A stretch of DNA of 63,752 nt, the filler included, from Reclinomonas americana ATCC 50394 (lineage: Eukaryota): assembly GCA_048213135.1 (NCBI GenBank). It is 13 parts of 7 records of this genome, joined end to end, with 100 filler letters (N's around TTAATTAATTAA, not from the genome) between each part and the next. Parts side by side here need not be neighbours in the genome. Positions count along the whole stretch, not along the records: positions 26,857 to 28,972 come from PS015803.1; positions 29,073 to 32,033 come from PS015803.1; positions 32,134 to 37,977 come from PS015804.1; positions 38,078 to 42,946 come from PS015804.1; 9 more parts are not named here. One strand, 5' to 3'. Below, piece by piece: positions 28,604 through 42,476 of this stretch; position 1 is the first letter of the stretch; every line of letters begins with the position of its first letter. The notes beneath the pieces are model-generated. The model saw only the letters and a list, made by a program, of their open reading frames with translations, made no database searches and was not told the origin of the DNA. The translations under genes and the position numbers were made by a program.

Positions 28604-29860
28604 TCACGGAAACGGCGACAAAGAAAAGTCGAGATTCCAAAATGCTGGCGTATCTGCATGCGCAAGAGAAACCACGGCTCGTGACACTTGCAAAAAAGGG
28701 AATGTCGAAGCGTCTGCTGCTGGTGCGGGGTTCCACAGAGGTTCGAATTCGACTTGTGAAATATCGATCGCGATCAATATCGGTATCAGCACGATGGCCG
28801 ATCGCGATCTGCAATGGAATTTGAAATGGCTTGCTCGTGGATTTCGAGCCGACCACCCGCTAGGCCACCACCGATGTGAGCCTCACCAACAACATGACAA
28901 GCTCTCTTGTGTTTCAACCACGCCACACCGCCACTGTTTTTTGCTCTGCTTGCTTCTTGGATCCGGACCCGGNNNNNNNNNNNNNNNNNNNNNNNNNNNN
29001 NNNNNNNNNNNNNNNNTTAATTAATTAANNNNNNNNNNNNNNNNNNNNNNNNNNNNNNNNNNNNNNNNNNNNAACTGTTGCTTGTTTGTTTGTTGGTGAA
29101 TGAATTGCTGTTTGTTCTTGATCGCCCCCGAAATCGATTTCGCACGTACACCGCAGCGGCACCTCCTGTCACTGGCAGGCGTACTGTACACCCGCCACTG
29201 CTGCAACCGCCGAGCCCATCAGCCCAAAATTTAGCTTGTTTGCAGGTGTCGAAGACTGAAGAACGTTCGAAGATGTTTATGTAAACGTGAAACTCGTTGT
29301 TCGCGCTGCGTGCTATCGTTGCATGCGTGGCACTTGAGCAATGACACCTGCAATCGCCAGTCATCAGAAAACACACGAGGCGACAGACGTCGCCGACGGC
29401 GACCTCGTCAAACCTGCCAAAGAAGCCAAATGTGGCACTCGCAAACTGTCGTTTGAGTGCAAGGCGAGAGAGCGTTCAATGTGTTCGACCATGTCCTGGA
29501 TGATCTTGCTCCTCAGCAGCTCCAGTGTCGTGGTAAACCCCCGCTGAACAGACTCGTGGCTGGCACACTGTGGGATCTCGCGTTCCATTACCTGCTGGAT
29601 CGCGTGCACTCTCGCCACCCATGCAGCAAGTTGTGCCGCTGCCAGTTCAGGCGACGCCTCCACCGAGAGTGGCTCTGAGCTGTGGTGTGCAAATAGAGTG
29701 AGAGGGACGAAGTACGGCCACTCAGCGCGCGATGCTCACACAGACGCAACGTCACGCATCCCGGCCTGATGGTGCGGATATCGATGTGCTGTCTGCGAGT
29801 CTTGCGTGATCGTGCACTCACCACACGCACTCCTTCGGCAGGTGCTGCAGACGAAGACAT
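28604..29860 (-). CDS. Hypothetical spliced protein, model uncertain
   Basis: Coding-like GC-rich segments bounded by GT/AG signals, e.g. ELAAAQLAAWVARVHAIQQ and TTLELLRSKIIQDMVEHIERSLAL. No recognisable domain. Interrupted by an N-gap. Confidence 0.35.
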
Positions 29861-30017
29861 CGACGTGCAGAAGAACGACAGAATGTTCAAATCTCACACC
29901 AGCACGAGCAAAGGAAGAGCGAGGACAACTGCAAGGACATGCATAGAGTCTTGTCGCTCAGGAAACCAGTATACCAATATCCCCCCTTCCTCCCCCCTCC
30001 CCCTCCCCCCTCTGCAC

Positions 30018-31305
30018 TCATGGCTGCTTCTCCTTCGTCTCCTCCGCCTCCGGCGTCCACGGACCCACCGCAATGCCACGCTCGGGGACCGCACGAAACG
30101 GACCCGAGTAATCGCACTTGTCCTTCCAGTCGGCGCACGCCTCGAAGCCATACTTGGCCTTGGTGTCGGCCACGGCCTCCGAGTAACTCGGTCCCAGGTC
30201 CACCCACCGCATCACTCGCTCACCGCCGGCGGCGTTGATGGAGAGCGCGCGGTGCACGGCTTCGCGCATGGAACTGAACCAAATGTGTCGCTTGCACACA
30301 CTCGGCAACTCGTAGAACCACATGGCGCGCAGTGTGTCGCCCTTGATGACGGTGTGCGTCCAGGCCACCACACGCCCTGACTCCACTTCCACGTAGTCGT
30401 CCACGTGGCCGACCATCAGCTTGGCGGCCAAGAAGCGCAGAATGGACGAGAAGAAGGCGCGTGGGAAGATGTAGAGGCGCCTGCCAGTGGAGAGTGAGTG
30501 GGTGGAAAGAAGGAGAGCAAGGCAACAACCACGCACCACTCATGCATAAAGAGGATACGCCAGTGCGCAAAACCGAGTGTGTCCGCACAATCGCCACGTG
30601 CCACAATGCGCATGTCATGCTCCGCCAGCGACGCATCCACCAACCGCTGCAGCGTCTGCCTCCTCGTGCGCGACAGCGTGCACGCCCACTTATCCCACGT
30701 CTCAAACGCGTCCAAACACAACAATCCGTGCGGCATGGGTCGCCTGTTGTGAGAGAAAAAGTGAGTCACGAGCCCCCCACTCCACCCATGCATTGCCAAC
30801 AAAACGAACCGACGAGCGCGTGACTTGATGCCCATGGTCGACAGAGCGATGGACTGCGAGAGCACAGAAATAAGAGAGCGCGGGAAGTTCGGATTTCAGC
30901 TGCGCGAGGTTCATCGGAGCATGCAGCGGGCAAGTCGAGGGAGGACTGATGGGCAGTGACAGAAGGAGAGGTAACGGGGGGGGGGGGGGGGAGAACGATG
31001 AGAAGAAGAAGAAGAAACAAGGAGGAGGACGGGGCCGAGTAGGAGATCAAGAAGAAGAGAGAACGAGGAGGAGGAGGACGAGGAGGATGAGAAGACGAAC
31101 GAGAAGGAGGAGGAGGAGAGGAAGAAGAAGTAGAGGAGGAACTCGAGAACAGACAAGGAGGGGAAGGAGGATTAAGGGAACGAAAGAGGCGGAGGATGAG
31201 TAAACGAGATATCATGATCACTCATGAGGCCATGAGAGATCGTGCACGTTGTCTGACGTTGCATGCGTACGACATGCGCATGTGCGGTGCTGTGCTTGTG
31301 TGTGC

Positions 31306-31342
<37 letters not shown>

Positions 31343-31479
31343 TTTTTTTCTCTCACCTCTCTCCTCGAAGGCGACCATCGCACAAAGAGATACAAGGTGG
31401 AGATGAGAGCGATGAACGCAGCACCAATCCACAAAACAATGTGCAACAGAGTGCACACGGCATCGATCGCGGCTTCCAT
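30018..31479 (-). CDS. Membrane-anchored protein with possible GNAT/FemAB-like acyltransferase fold
   Basis: N-terminal hydrophobic helix LLHIVLWIGAAFIALISTLYLFV. C-terminal pattern GRVVAW..IKGDTLRAMWF..MREAVHRAL..RWVDLGPS..TKAKYGF resembles the FemAB-like GNAT layout. The fold call is an inference. Confidence 0.5.
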
Positions 31480-31998
31480 TCTTGAGTTAAGGAGACTACT
31501 GATATTTGTTGATTGGAGTGGACAGTCGTCGTGTGAGAGTGTGAGGGACAGGGGAACGCCAAGGTCAGCAGACAGTGTGAGAGTGAGGGAGAGAGTGAGC
31601 GAGTGAGTGAGAGAGTTGTGCAGTGATTGCAAGTGTGTTGTCTTTTTCTGTGAGTGAGTGAGTGTGTGAGTGTGTGAGTGTGAGTGTGTGAGTGTGTGTG
31701 TGTGAGCGAGTGAGTGTGTGTTTGTGCACGAAAGCTATGACGCCTGTCGGTTCTCTCTTCTCTCTTCCTCTCTCTCTCTCTCTGTGCTGTTGCAGAAGGG
31801 TTCGCGCTGTCTTCTTTCTCAATCTGTGTGGCTGTATGCGTGTGCTCTAAGCTTCTTCTCCTCTCACACACACTCAAAACACGTTCTCTTGCGTGCATGC
31901 ATGAGTGAGTGAGAGAGTGCAACAGTGTGAAGATGTGTGTGTGTGTGTGCACAGGAACGAATGCGGGTGATTGTTAGAACTCAGTCACTTGCACTCTT

Positions 31999-32033
<35 letters not shown>

Positions 32034-32133
32034 NNNNNNNNNNNNNNNNNNNNNNNNNNNNNNNNNNNNNNNNNNNNTTAATTAATTAANNNNNNNNNNN
32101 NNNNNNNNNNNNNNNNNNNNNNNNNNNNNNNNN

Positions 32134-32233
<100 letters not shown>

Positions 32234-32441
32234 TCACACACTGTCACACTTCACACAGTGCACACACACATACTCAAACTCTCACTCACACTCTTGCACA
32301 CACTCACACACTCTCACACACTCAGTGCACAATCAGAGAGCGCGCGTCTTGTGTGTGTGTGTGTGTGTGTGTGTGAGGAAGAGAGTGGAAATGGCGCGCT
32401 TTTCTCTCACCCCTCTCTTTCTCTCTCTTCTCAGTGTCAAG

Positions 32442-32761
32442 ATGAGCATTCTTGAGGACGATGTTGTGTTCTGGTCGCAACGCTCTGCGCCGACCAAGTT
32501 CAAGACGCATCGATTGGACTTGCATCCGGTCAAGCCGTGGGTGCTCTCGGCCGACATGAGCGACACGGTGCATTTGTTTGATTATAAGTTGCGGAGGCGG
32601 GCATGGGGAAAAGGGGAGGGAAAGGGGAGGAAAAGGGGAGGGAATGGGGAGGGAAAGGGGGATGGGAATGGTGATGGGAAAGGGGATGGGAATGGTGATG
32701 GGGGAAGAGAGCGAGACTGAGGGAGGATGGCCAAGCAGCGATGCATAGTGCTGCTTTCTTG

Positions 32762-32823
<62 letters not shown>

Positions 32824-33751
32824 CTCTCTCTCTCTNNNNNNNNNNNNNNNNNNNNNNNNNNNNNNNNNNNNNNNNNNNNNNNNNNNNNNNNNNNNNNNNN
32901 NNNNNNNNNNNNNNNNNNNNNNNNNNNNNNNNNNNNNNNNNNNNNNNNNNNNNNNNNNNNNNNNNNNNNNNNNNNNNNNNNNNNNNNNNNNNNNNNNNNN
33001 NNNNNNNNNNNNNNNNNNNNNNNNNNNNNNNNNNNNNNNNNNNNNNNNNNNNNNNNNNNNNNNNNNNNNNNNNNNNNNNNNNNNNNNNNNNNNNNNNNNN
33101 NNNNNNNNNNNNNNNNNNNNNNNNNNNNNNNNNNNNNNNNNNNNNNNNNNNNNNNNNNNNNNNNNNNNNNNNNNNNNNNNNNNNNNNNNNNNNNNNNNNN
33201 NNNNNNNNNNNNNNNNNNNNNNNNNNNNNNNNNNNNNNNNNNNNNNNNNNNNNNNNNNNNNNNNNNNNNNNNNNNNNNNNNNNNNNNNNNNNNNNNNNNN
33301 NNNNNNNNNNNNNNNNNNNNNNNNNNNNNNNNNNNNNNNNNNNNNNNNNNNNNNNNNNNNNNNNNNNNNNNNNNNNNNNNNNNNNNNNNNNNNNNNNNNN
33401 NNNNNNNNNNNNNNNNNNNNNNNNNNNNNNNNNNNNNNNNNNNNNNNNNNNNNNNNNNNNNNNNNNNNNNNNNNNNNNNNNNNNNNNNNNNNNNNNNNNN
33501 NNNNNNNNNNNNNNNNNNNNNNNNNNNNNNNNNNNNNNNNNNNNNNNNNNNNNNNNNNNNNNNNNNNNNNNNNNNNNNNNNNNNNNNNNNNNNNNNNNNN
33601 NNNNNNNNNNNNNNNNNNNNNNNNNNNNNNNNNNNNNNNNNNNNNNNNNNNNNNNNNNNNNNNNNNNNNNNNNNNNNNNNNNNNNNNNNNNNNNNNNNNN
33701 NNNNNNNNNNNNNNNNNNNNNNNNNNNNNNNNNNNNNNNNNNNNNNNNNNT

Positions 33752-33799
<48 letters not shown>

Positions 33800-36700
33800 C
33801 CCGTTTCATAGACACACAGATGAGATGAAGGAAAGAGGAACAGTACGAACATTGAGTGATATGAGAGAGGATGCGGATAGAACTGGTTTCTGCTTGCTCT
33901 CTCTGTCTTTCTCGCACACGCGCAGAGATGACATGAGGGATGCAGAAGCGGCGACGTGTGCAGTGCGAAGAAAAGCAAGAATGGGAGAGGTTGCCGACCC
34001 AGCAGCACACGGACGCATTTTCTCTCTTCTCCTTCTCTCCTCCCCCTTCCCCTTCCCCTCTCTCCCCTTCCCCTCACCCTTTCCCCCCTTTTCCCTGTCC
34101 AGGAGCGGCGAAAAAATCCGCCAAATGAGCTTCCAGAGCATCTTTGACCAGGCCCGCGCCGACGACGCCCTCCGTGTGGCCCTCGAGCAGCAACCCGACT
34201 ATGTGGGCCCACGGCACGCGACACTGCCGGGCAATCCGAGTGTGCCCGCTGCCGAAGTCCGCTGGGAGAACCCGGGCCACATCAAGGAGGTGCGCCTGTA
34301 CGACAAGGACGTGGTGTACTGGAAGCTGTCGGAGCAGTCGGAGGCCGGGTTGCTGCCGTCGGATATTACGCACCTCGGCCTCGCCACCGTGTTCCAGACG
34401 CTGTTGTTTATTCTCGCCGAGAATCGAGTTGCGTGTGACGCCTCCCCTTCTCCTCTCTCAATCTCTAATCTTACGCCCGCCGATGTATCGCCAGCTGCTG
34501 ATTGTCGACGTTGACACGCTGGAGCACTCGGAGGTGCGCTCAAAAGACCTGGAGAATGTCTCGTTTCAGTGCCTCGACTTTGTGTACGGCCACCCGTGGC
34601 TGGCCATTGGCGGCAGCGACGGCGTGGTGCGTCTGTACGATTTCAAGGCCAATCGGCCGATTTCGCGCCTCTCCAGCGGCCACTCGGGCGCCGTTGTGCG
34701 CGTCATTACCGTGCAGCGACCGGAGCGCTACGTTGTGTGCACTTGTTGTTTCACAGAAGCCGTGTATATTGCTTCTTCTCCTGCTTACGACGCTGCTGCA
34801 GGCTACCACCGGCGGCAGCAGCAGCAGTGGCAGCAGCAGCAACGGTGGCGGCGGTGGCAACAGCCCGTACCCGATGCTGCTGACTGCCGGTGTCGACGGC
34901 CGAATCATGTTCTGGGACATGCAGAGCAACCTGCGCTGCTTCCCGATCCACATGGCGGAGAAGACGCACGGCAGCAAGAGCATCATCGACATTGACTACA
35001 TTCCCTCCTCTGGCAAGATCATCAGCACGGGAAATGATCGGTGCGGTGTGCGGAGATGTGCTGGAGAAGGAGAATGAGAGTATCTCATATGAGTGGGTCG
35101 TGCAGCACATTGGCCGTGTACGGGTTGCACAACCTGACGCAACAGCAGCGCATCAAGCTGAAGAAGAAGTTGGAGGCCGTTTCATCGTGTACGGTGTGCC
35201 AGGGAACGCGAGATTGGGCGCTTGGTGTCGGCAAGGATACGTTGGTACGTGGTGAAGGAGCAGGGGAAAGAGACAAGGAGCAGGGGAAAGAGAAAGAAAA
35301 GAGAAGGAGAGGGAGACAGAGAACGAGAGAGACAGGTGGAAGAGAGGAAAGAAAGAGAGAGAAAGAAGGAAAGAAAAAAGACAGGGGAGACTGACAGAAG
35401 AAAGAGATAAGAAGGGGAGAGAACAGAATGTGCCACGGATCTATTTCGTCCGTGGTGCCGAACGAGTTCCACTTCGCTTCATTGAGCATGCATGTGTATG
35501 AGTTGCTGGTGGAAGTTTGAGAGACATGAAGGAGGAGAGGAGAGAAAGAAGGAGGGAAAGAAAGAAAGAAAAGGGAGGCTGACAGTGGAAAGAGAGAAGA
35601 AGGGGAGAGAACACAGTGTGCCACCAGTTGCTTGTCGATTTCTTTCTCGTCCATTGTGCTCCGTTATCCGTCCTCAGTTATCGCGGTGATGTGAGCGGCC
35701 GATATTCTCCTGAGCAGTACCTCCTCTTGGTTTCCTCGTTGCTCGCATGCATCTGTGTATAGGCGAGAGAATTGGAGATGAATCTGAAGCACAGTCTCCC
35801 AATCGCCTACCACTTGTACTGACTCTTCTTTCTTCATCTTGCAGGTCGTGAAAGCCAGTGCAGAGACCGGCGATGCACACGAAGGAGTGTGGTTCGATCT
35901 GCACAGCCTGCCTGGTGCACCAAAGAAGGTTTGTGACTCTCCTCGCACTGTCATACCCTTTGTTTCACTCAACATCGTATTCCCCGCGCAGTTCAAAATG
36001 TACTCGATCCGCCGCCACCCACTGCAGACCAACCTCATCTGCATCGGCACCAATCACGGCATTGTGGTTCTTCGATTGGACAGCGCCAGGTCAGTTTATG
36101 TTTCTCCTCTCTCTCCCTCTCTCCTTCTCCTTGTTCACCTTCTGTTGTACTTGTGTATTCACATTCTTGAAAATTCTGAGGTGAAATCCATCGCCTTCGC
36201 AAACTGGTTGCTGACTTGCGAAGAAACTCTCTCTTGTTCTCTCCCTCTCACACACTCTCTCCCTCTTTCATCCTAGTTGTTCACCTCCTCTGTTTGTGTC
36301 GTGCACATTCTTGAAATGCTGAGGTCAACCCCATCGTCTTTTTCGAGCCGCCTGCAGACTTGCGAAGAGACTCTCTCTTGTTCTCTCTCTCTCTGTCACT
36401 CACTCACTCACTCACTCTCCGTCTCCATGTCCCCTTCCCCACCGCCCTCTCCCTCTCTCTCCTCCCCATTGTTCCTTGAGCATGACACCGTTATGTGCAC
36501 TTGCAGGAATCCATCATTCCAGTCCGCGCAGTTGGCGGAGAGCACAGCCGAGGTCGGTTCATTCTCATTGCCGCCACCCACAGTCGTCTTTCTCATTTCC
36601 CCCCGTGTGCAGCAACCTCGCCGGAGGATATTTTACGTCGAGAACGAGCAGCTGGTGGCCACCGATCTGTCGCTCGACACCAGCTTTGATCCGTTGCGTG

Positions 36701-39700
36701 TTGACTTCGTTTGTCTATTGCATTGGCTTTCTTTCTCGTTCATCTCTTCATCTCTTCTTCCCCTCCGTGTCTCCGTCTCTCCCGCGCTTTCTTTTTCTCT
36801 CCTCTTTTGTTTCTCTTCTGCTTTTCTCTGTCTCATCCCGCTCCTTATTCCCTTTCTCGCTTCCCTTCACTTCCATATGCTTCTTCTGTTGCTTCCTTCT
36901 CCCTCGTTTCCTCTCTCCCTCCTCTCTCCCTCTTCTCTCCCTCTTTTCTCCATATCCCTCTCCTCCCCTCTCCTCCCCTCTCCTTTCCTCTCCTACCCTC
37001 TCTTCCCCTCCCCTCTTCTATCATCTCCCTCTCCTCCCTTCTCCTCCCTCACCTCCCGTCTCCTCCCTCACCTCCCTTCTCCCCCTCCCACTGCAGTGTG
37101 CGCGCCAATCAAAACCGCACCGTCCGCATGGAGACAGCGCCCGTTCGCTCGCTCACCAGCAAGGGCACTGTGCGCCTCACCATGAGCCCGTCATTCAAGT
37201 TGCGTGCTCGTGCCCCCGACTCTTTGAGCGATTTGTGTTTTCTGACAGCATGTGCAGGTACCTTGCCGTCGTCTACGAGGATGCCAGGAGATACCAGATT
37301 CTGTCAGTGGGCACAAAGAGCAAGGATGTTGCGCGTCCTCCTCGCTGTGTCTACAACCTCTACGTTCCTTTGTCTCTCTCTGACGTGCACTTGCAGGTGA
37401 TCCAAGATGGTCAAGCTTTCCAGGTCGAATGGTGCTCTGTGGAAGACCGCTTCGCCGTGTTTAACACTGGTGAGTCGAGGGAGAGCGCGTGCATCCCCCC
37501 ACTTCTCTTCACCAATTCCCTCCGTTTCCGCAGATTTCCGCGACCGCTCCTCCATCTCTGTGCACGTGATCGACGACGCGACGAACAAGTTGCGTCGACT
37601 GCAGAGTGCGCTCGTCTCCCCATCTGCCCACTCAATTGCGTCGCAGTGTGCGCACGGCCATTCCGCAATACGCGACACCTCTGGCGGGCGGTCGCATCTT
37701 TGGCGGTCCTTTTATTGGCATCTCCTACATTTACCACGAGGCGGCCACTCGTGCAGGCTACTTCCAGTTTTATTCGTGGAGTGCCGAGCAGACCATGGGA
37801 GGGTAAGCAGGTGTGCCGAGTCAATGTGAATTGCTGTTTTCCATTGACGCTGTGTTGTTGCTGTTGTTGCTACTGCGCAGCACACTTCCGCGGCCGATTG
37901 ATGTGTTCTGGGACAAGAGCCACGCACTCTGTGTGCTGACTTTTGTCGACGAGTTCTGCGTGTTTGCGATGAAGTTGNNNNNNNNNNNNNNNNNNNNNNN
38001 NNNNNNNNNNNNNNNNNNNNNTTAATTAATTAANNNNNNNNNNNNNNNNNNNNNNNNNNNNNNNNNNNNNNNNNNNNAGTTCGGGGTTTGCTTGTTTTGT
38101 TGTTATCGGTGTGCTTACTCACACACCGTCGTGCGCTGCAGGCCGGCCATGACGCTCATTTCGCGCGTCCCCGGCTTTGTCAAGTCCGGAATGTGGTTCA
38201 ATCGCACATTCTTCTTCGCCACCGACGAGGAGATTCGCTGCCGTTGCGTGATGTCTCAACTCGTAGTTGGCCATCTGTCCAGCCGCTAAACTCTCTGTGC
38301 GCCTTTTGTAGTCTTCCCGCACCCCTCTCACATGGAGGTCATTACGTTGGCCTCGTTGAACGTGAGTGCCTCCAATCAGTTCCGCGCCTCGCAGCAGGGC
38401 AATCTACAGGATCCGGCCACGTTGCGTCTCGTCTTTGGTCCGCCCATCCCAGATCGACGTCTCCTCTCTCACACCCGCTCCCCACAGACCTTCACAGGCC
38501 AACACGCACATTTCCTCGCGCCCGGCGGGTCTCGTCTCCATTGTGGATGTGTTTGACGGAGTTGCGTTGTGCTCCCTATCGCCCACGTGTGCATCCTGTG
38601 TTGTCTGATTGTGTGCGTGGTTGATGTCAGTTCCTGTGCATTGCCGACGCTTACCACAACATTTTCTTCATTCCACTGGATGACATGGCTCTCAAGTTCC
38701 GCATCTTGGTCAACGCCGGTCACATTGATGCGGCGCTGCACTGGTGCGTTGAGTGTGTTGCTTGTCGAGCGAGTGTCTTCTTGTGGCTCACTGACTCTGT
38801 TTGTGTTGTCTGTTCATTCTCTCCCCCTTGTGCATTCCCCCTTTTGCTTTCCCCCTTTTGCTTTCCCCCTTCTGCTTTCCCCCTTGTGCTTTCCCCCATT
38901 GCTTTCCCCCCTTGTGCTTTCCCCGGTGCTCCCCTCCCCTCTCTCCGTNNNNNNNNNNNNNNNNNNNNNNNNNNNNNNNNNNNNNNNNNNNNNNNNNNNN
39001 NNNNNNNNNNNNNNNNNNNNNNNNNNNNNNNNNNNNNNNNNNNNNNNNNNNNNNNNNNNNNNNNNNNNNNNNNNNNNNNNNNNNNNNNNNNNNNNNNNNN
39101 NNNNNNNNNNNNNNNNNNNNNNNNNNNNNNNNNNNNNNNNNNNNNNNNNNNNNNNNNNNNNNNNNNNNNNNNNNNNNNNNNNNNNNNNNNNNNNNNNNNN
39201 NNNNNNNNNNNNNNNNNNNNNNNNNNNNNNNNNNNNNNNNNNNNNNNNNNNNNNNNNNNNNNNNNNNNNNNNNNNNNNNNNNNNNNNNNNNNNNNNNNNN
39301 NNNNNNNNNNNNNNNNNNNNNNNNNNNNNNNNNNNNNNNNNNNNNNNNNNNNNNNNNNNNNNNNNNNNNNNNNNNNNNNNNNNNNNNNNNNNNNNNNNNN
39401 NNNNNNNNNNNNNNNNNNNNNNNNNNNNNNNNNNNNNNNNNNNNNNNNNNNNNNNNNNNNNNNNNNNNNNNNNNNNNNNNNNNNNNNNNNNNNNNNNNNN
39501 NNNNNNNNNNNNNNNNNNNNNNNNNNNNNNNNNNNNNNNNNNNNNNNNNNNNNNNNNNNNNNNNNNNNNNNNNNNNNNNNNNNNNNNNNNNNNNNNNNNN
39601 NNNNNNNNNNNNNNNNNNNNNNNNNNNNNNNNNNNNNNNNNNNNNNNNNNNNNNNNNNNNNNNNNNNNNNNNNNNNNNNNNNNNNNNNNNNNNNNNNNNN

Positions 39701-42409
39701 NNNNNNNNNNNNNNNNNNNNNNNNNNNNNNNNNNNNNNNNNNNNNNNNNNNNNNNNNNNNNNNNNNNNNNNNNNNNNNNNNNNNNNNNNNNNNNNNNNNN
39801 NNNNNNNNNNNNNNNNNNNNNNNNNNNNNNNNNNNNNCCCCTTTTTCCCCGTTTCGTTCCCCTTTCCCCCTTCTCCTTCCCCTTTCCCCTTGTCGTTCCC
39901 CTTACCCCTTAGTCGTTCCCCTTTTCCCCGTTGTCGTCCCGTTCCCGGTCGTCCCCTCCCCCTCCCCCCCCCCCCCCCCCTTGCTTCCCCCGTTGCTTTC
40001 TCTCTTGTGCTTCCCCTTTGCTTTCTTCCTTCTCTTCCCCCTCGCTCCTTCCCCCTTCTCTTCCCTCTTCGCTTCCCCTTTGCTCTCTCCCTGTCCGCGT
40101 TCCTCTTCTTCTTCCCTTTGCTCTCCCCTTCTCCTCCCCCTTCCTTTTTCCCCCTCCCCCCTTCTCCTTCCCCTTTCCCCTTCCCCTTTCCCCTTCCCCC
40201 TTCCCTTCTCCGCCCTACCGCAGGTTGCCCCTCATCCACCAAAAGCACTACACTCGACTGGCGGACTTTTTGCAATCTCGAGGCTTCCCGCAGCGCGCTG
40301 TGCGGTTGCGCAATGTGCCCACTGCCCGCAAGGTGAGCAGCGCAATGCTTTCTCGTTTTTCACCCACCACGGTCTCTTGTTTCTCACCCGCTGTTGCAGA
40401 TTGAGATATGCCTCAACCACAAGCTCTTCAACGAGCTATTCGATGTGCTGCTGGTGGCCGAGGATGAGCTGAATGAGTGGCAGAAGAAACCACAGATTGA
40501 GGGTGTGTGTCGCACACGTGCTCTAATTGCTTGCCCTTCTTCTTTCCGCAATTATTGATAGCATGTCCGCTACAGGTCACAAGCTGCTCTTTGGGCGCAC
40601 ATATGCTCACTGTGGTGCGCTGGCCGAGGAGGAGCAGAACCACGATGCTGTCATTCGTGCATACGAGGAGGCTGGTCGATTCATTCCGCGGTACGTCCCG
40701 ACTGTGTGTCTCCTCTCACTGCCCATGTGGCTGCCTCATTTTCTCCTTCGCCTGCTCAGCGCGTACCGCCACTTGATTGTGTACCTCGCTCGCGGTGGCT
40801 ACACGGACGAGTTGAACGAGCTGGCCACCAAGTTGGCGCAAGAGTTTCGCCGCACCGCCTTTCCTGCCTGATTCGTCGCCAATTCACCATCGTCGCTGAC
40901 TACACACATTCGTTACAGTGAGCTCTTTGAGGAGGCGGCACTGGCGTCGTCGCTGCTCGGCAACTCGGCACTCACCAAGTCGCACTCGGTCAATGCGCAC
41001 AATTACGCTCACGCTGCTCTGCTGTCGCTCTCACGGTGAGCGCCTTGCTGTCGTTTCTCGTGCACGCACGCGACCTGCGCCCTTCTCACCTCATGTCCGT
41101 GTGTTTTTTTTTCAGCAACGAGGAGACGGCAACATTGGTGAAGCAGTGGGCACAGTATCTGGGCGACAAATTCCCCGACTTTGCGCGCGTGGAAATGGAT
41201 GCCACAGTCAACGTGCCCATTCCTGCTTTCCGCGAGCGACGTGCAGCTGCGCCCGCCGCTTCGTCATCGTCCTCCACCACGACCACTGGCGATGGCGCCG
41301 CCAGTGCGTCGGGTGTCACCGATGACAGTGTGCCGGCACCGTACGCGGGCGACAAGCCGGTGGTGGTGGTGCCGACGATTGGTGTCTCCGGCCCTGATGC
41401 CTCACCACAGCGTCCCAACTCGGGATCATCGTCGCCGCGCATTCAGGGTCGCGGATCCGTGGTGTTTGACAGTTGAGTGTGTGTGTATGTCAAAGAGTTC
41501 CTCTCTGCAGTCCCTCACACCCCGCCGACGCAGTCGAGCAAGGCTCGGATATCAACGCCCCCAAAATCCCCGGCGCACTCTCTGGTGGCTCTTCGCGACG
41601 GTCGGGCTCCACTCGTGCGGCAGGCGTACGCTCTCGCAGCTCCACGCTGCTGGTGTCGAACAATGGTGGCTCACAGGCCTCGTCGACTCGTGGTACGTTC
41701 TACTCACGTGACTTCTTGGTGTGCTGGCCCTTCACGCTGACCTCGCACTTTCCCGACTCCATCAGCTGCCGGCAAGGGAACCGGTACTGGTTCCCTGGAG
41801 ACCGGCTCTCTGTCGTCCCTTAACAGCCCGCCAAACACCAACACGTCGACCGGCGCCAAGGATGGTGGATCAGGTTACGTACCAACATTTTTAATGTCGC
41901 GCCTGTCTTCCGCATATCAGCCATCTCACTCTGCCTCTCGGTCGCAGAATCCCTGGGCAGCGCCAACGCCAACCCGGCGCCCATGTCGGCGCCAACACTG
42001 ACAGTGGACGCGCTCGCCGTCAGCACCATTTCTGCGGCGACTGCACCGGCCGCCGGAGCCAGCACAATGAGCTCGTCTGCATCGACACGAAAGAGGAGCA
42101 CCAGCTTTAGTTGCGCATCACGCCAGTGCTTGTCTCACTCTCAGTCACCTCTCTCACCACACCGGTGTGATCGCAGTGGGTACACGGCGACCGGCACGAC
42201 CACGATCGACGACCATTGGCAGTGACCGAGATTTGGTGCCCGGACAAGCCGGCGGTGCGGCTCCTGCTGGCGCTGCCGACGGCGAGCCGAAGCCTGCCGA
42301 CATGCCTGAAGACTACGTTCCCCCGCCTCTGGTCGGCTCCAATCGCGCACCTTCGCCGACAGACACGGCCGACACGGTGTCGGAGCCCGAGTTTGACACG
42401 GAGTTGTGA
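32442..42409 (+). CDS. TTRAY2: Large WD40/alpha-solenoid coat protein, TSET/TPLATE complex TTRAY subunit (plant TWD40-2-like)
   Basis: LDLHPVKPWVLSADMSDTVHLFDY, GHIKEVRLYDKDVVYWK, ENRLLIVDVDTL, LAIGGSDGVVRLYD, GHSGAV, LLTAGVDGRIMFW and HYTRLADFLQSRGF follow, in order, the motifs I recall from plant TWD40-2. More than 25 exons join in frame. Crosses three N-gaps. Subunit number is from memory. Confidence 0.7.
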
Positions 42410-42476
42410 CGAGTGCCTGCGAGAGCTTGCAGTGTACATGCACATTCAGAAGACTAATATGCATACTTTGTTTTTA

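Noticed and set aside
34727..34801. Possible non-canonical GC/CT donor (GCTACGT) in the TTRAY gene
   Set aside because: TAC|GTTGTGT a few bases downstream restores the frame and fits the shifted-donor class.
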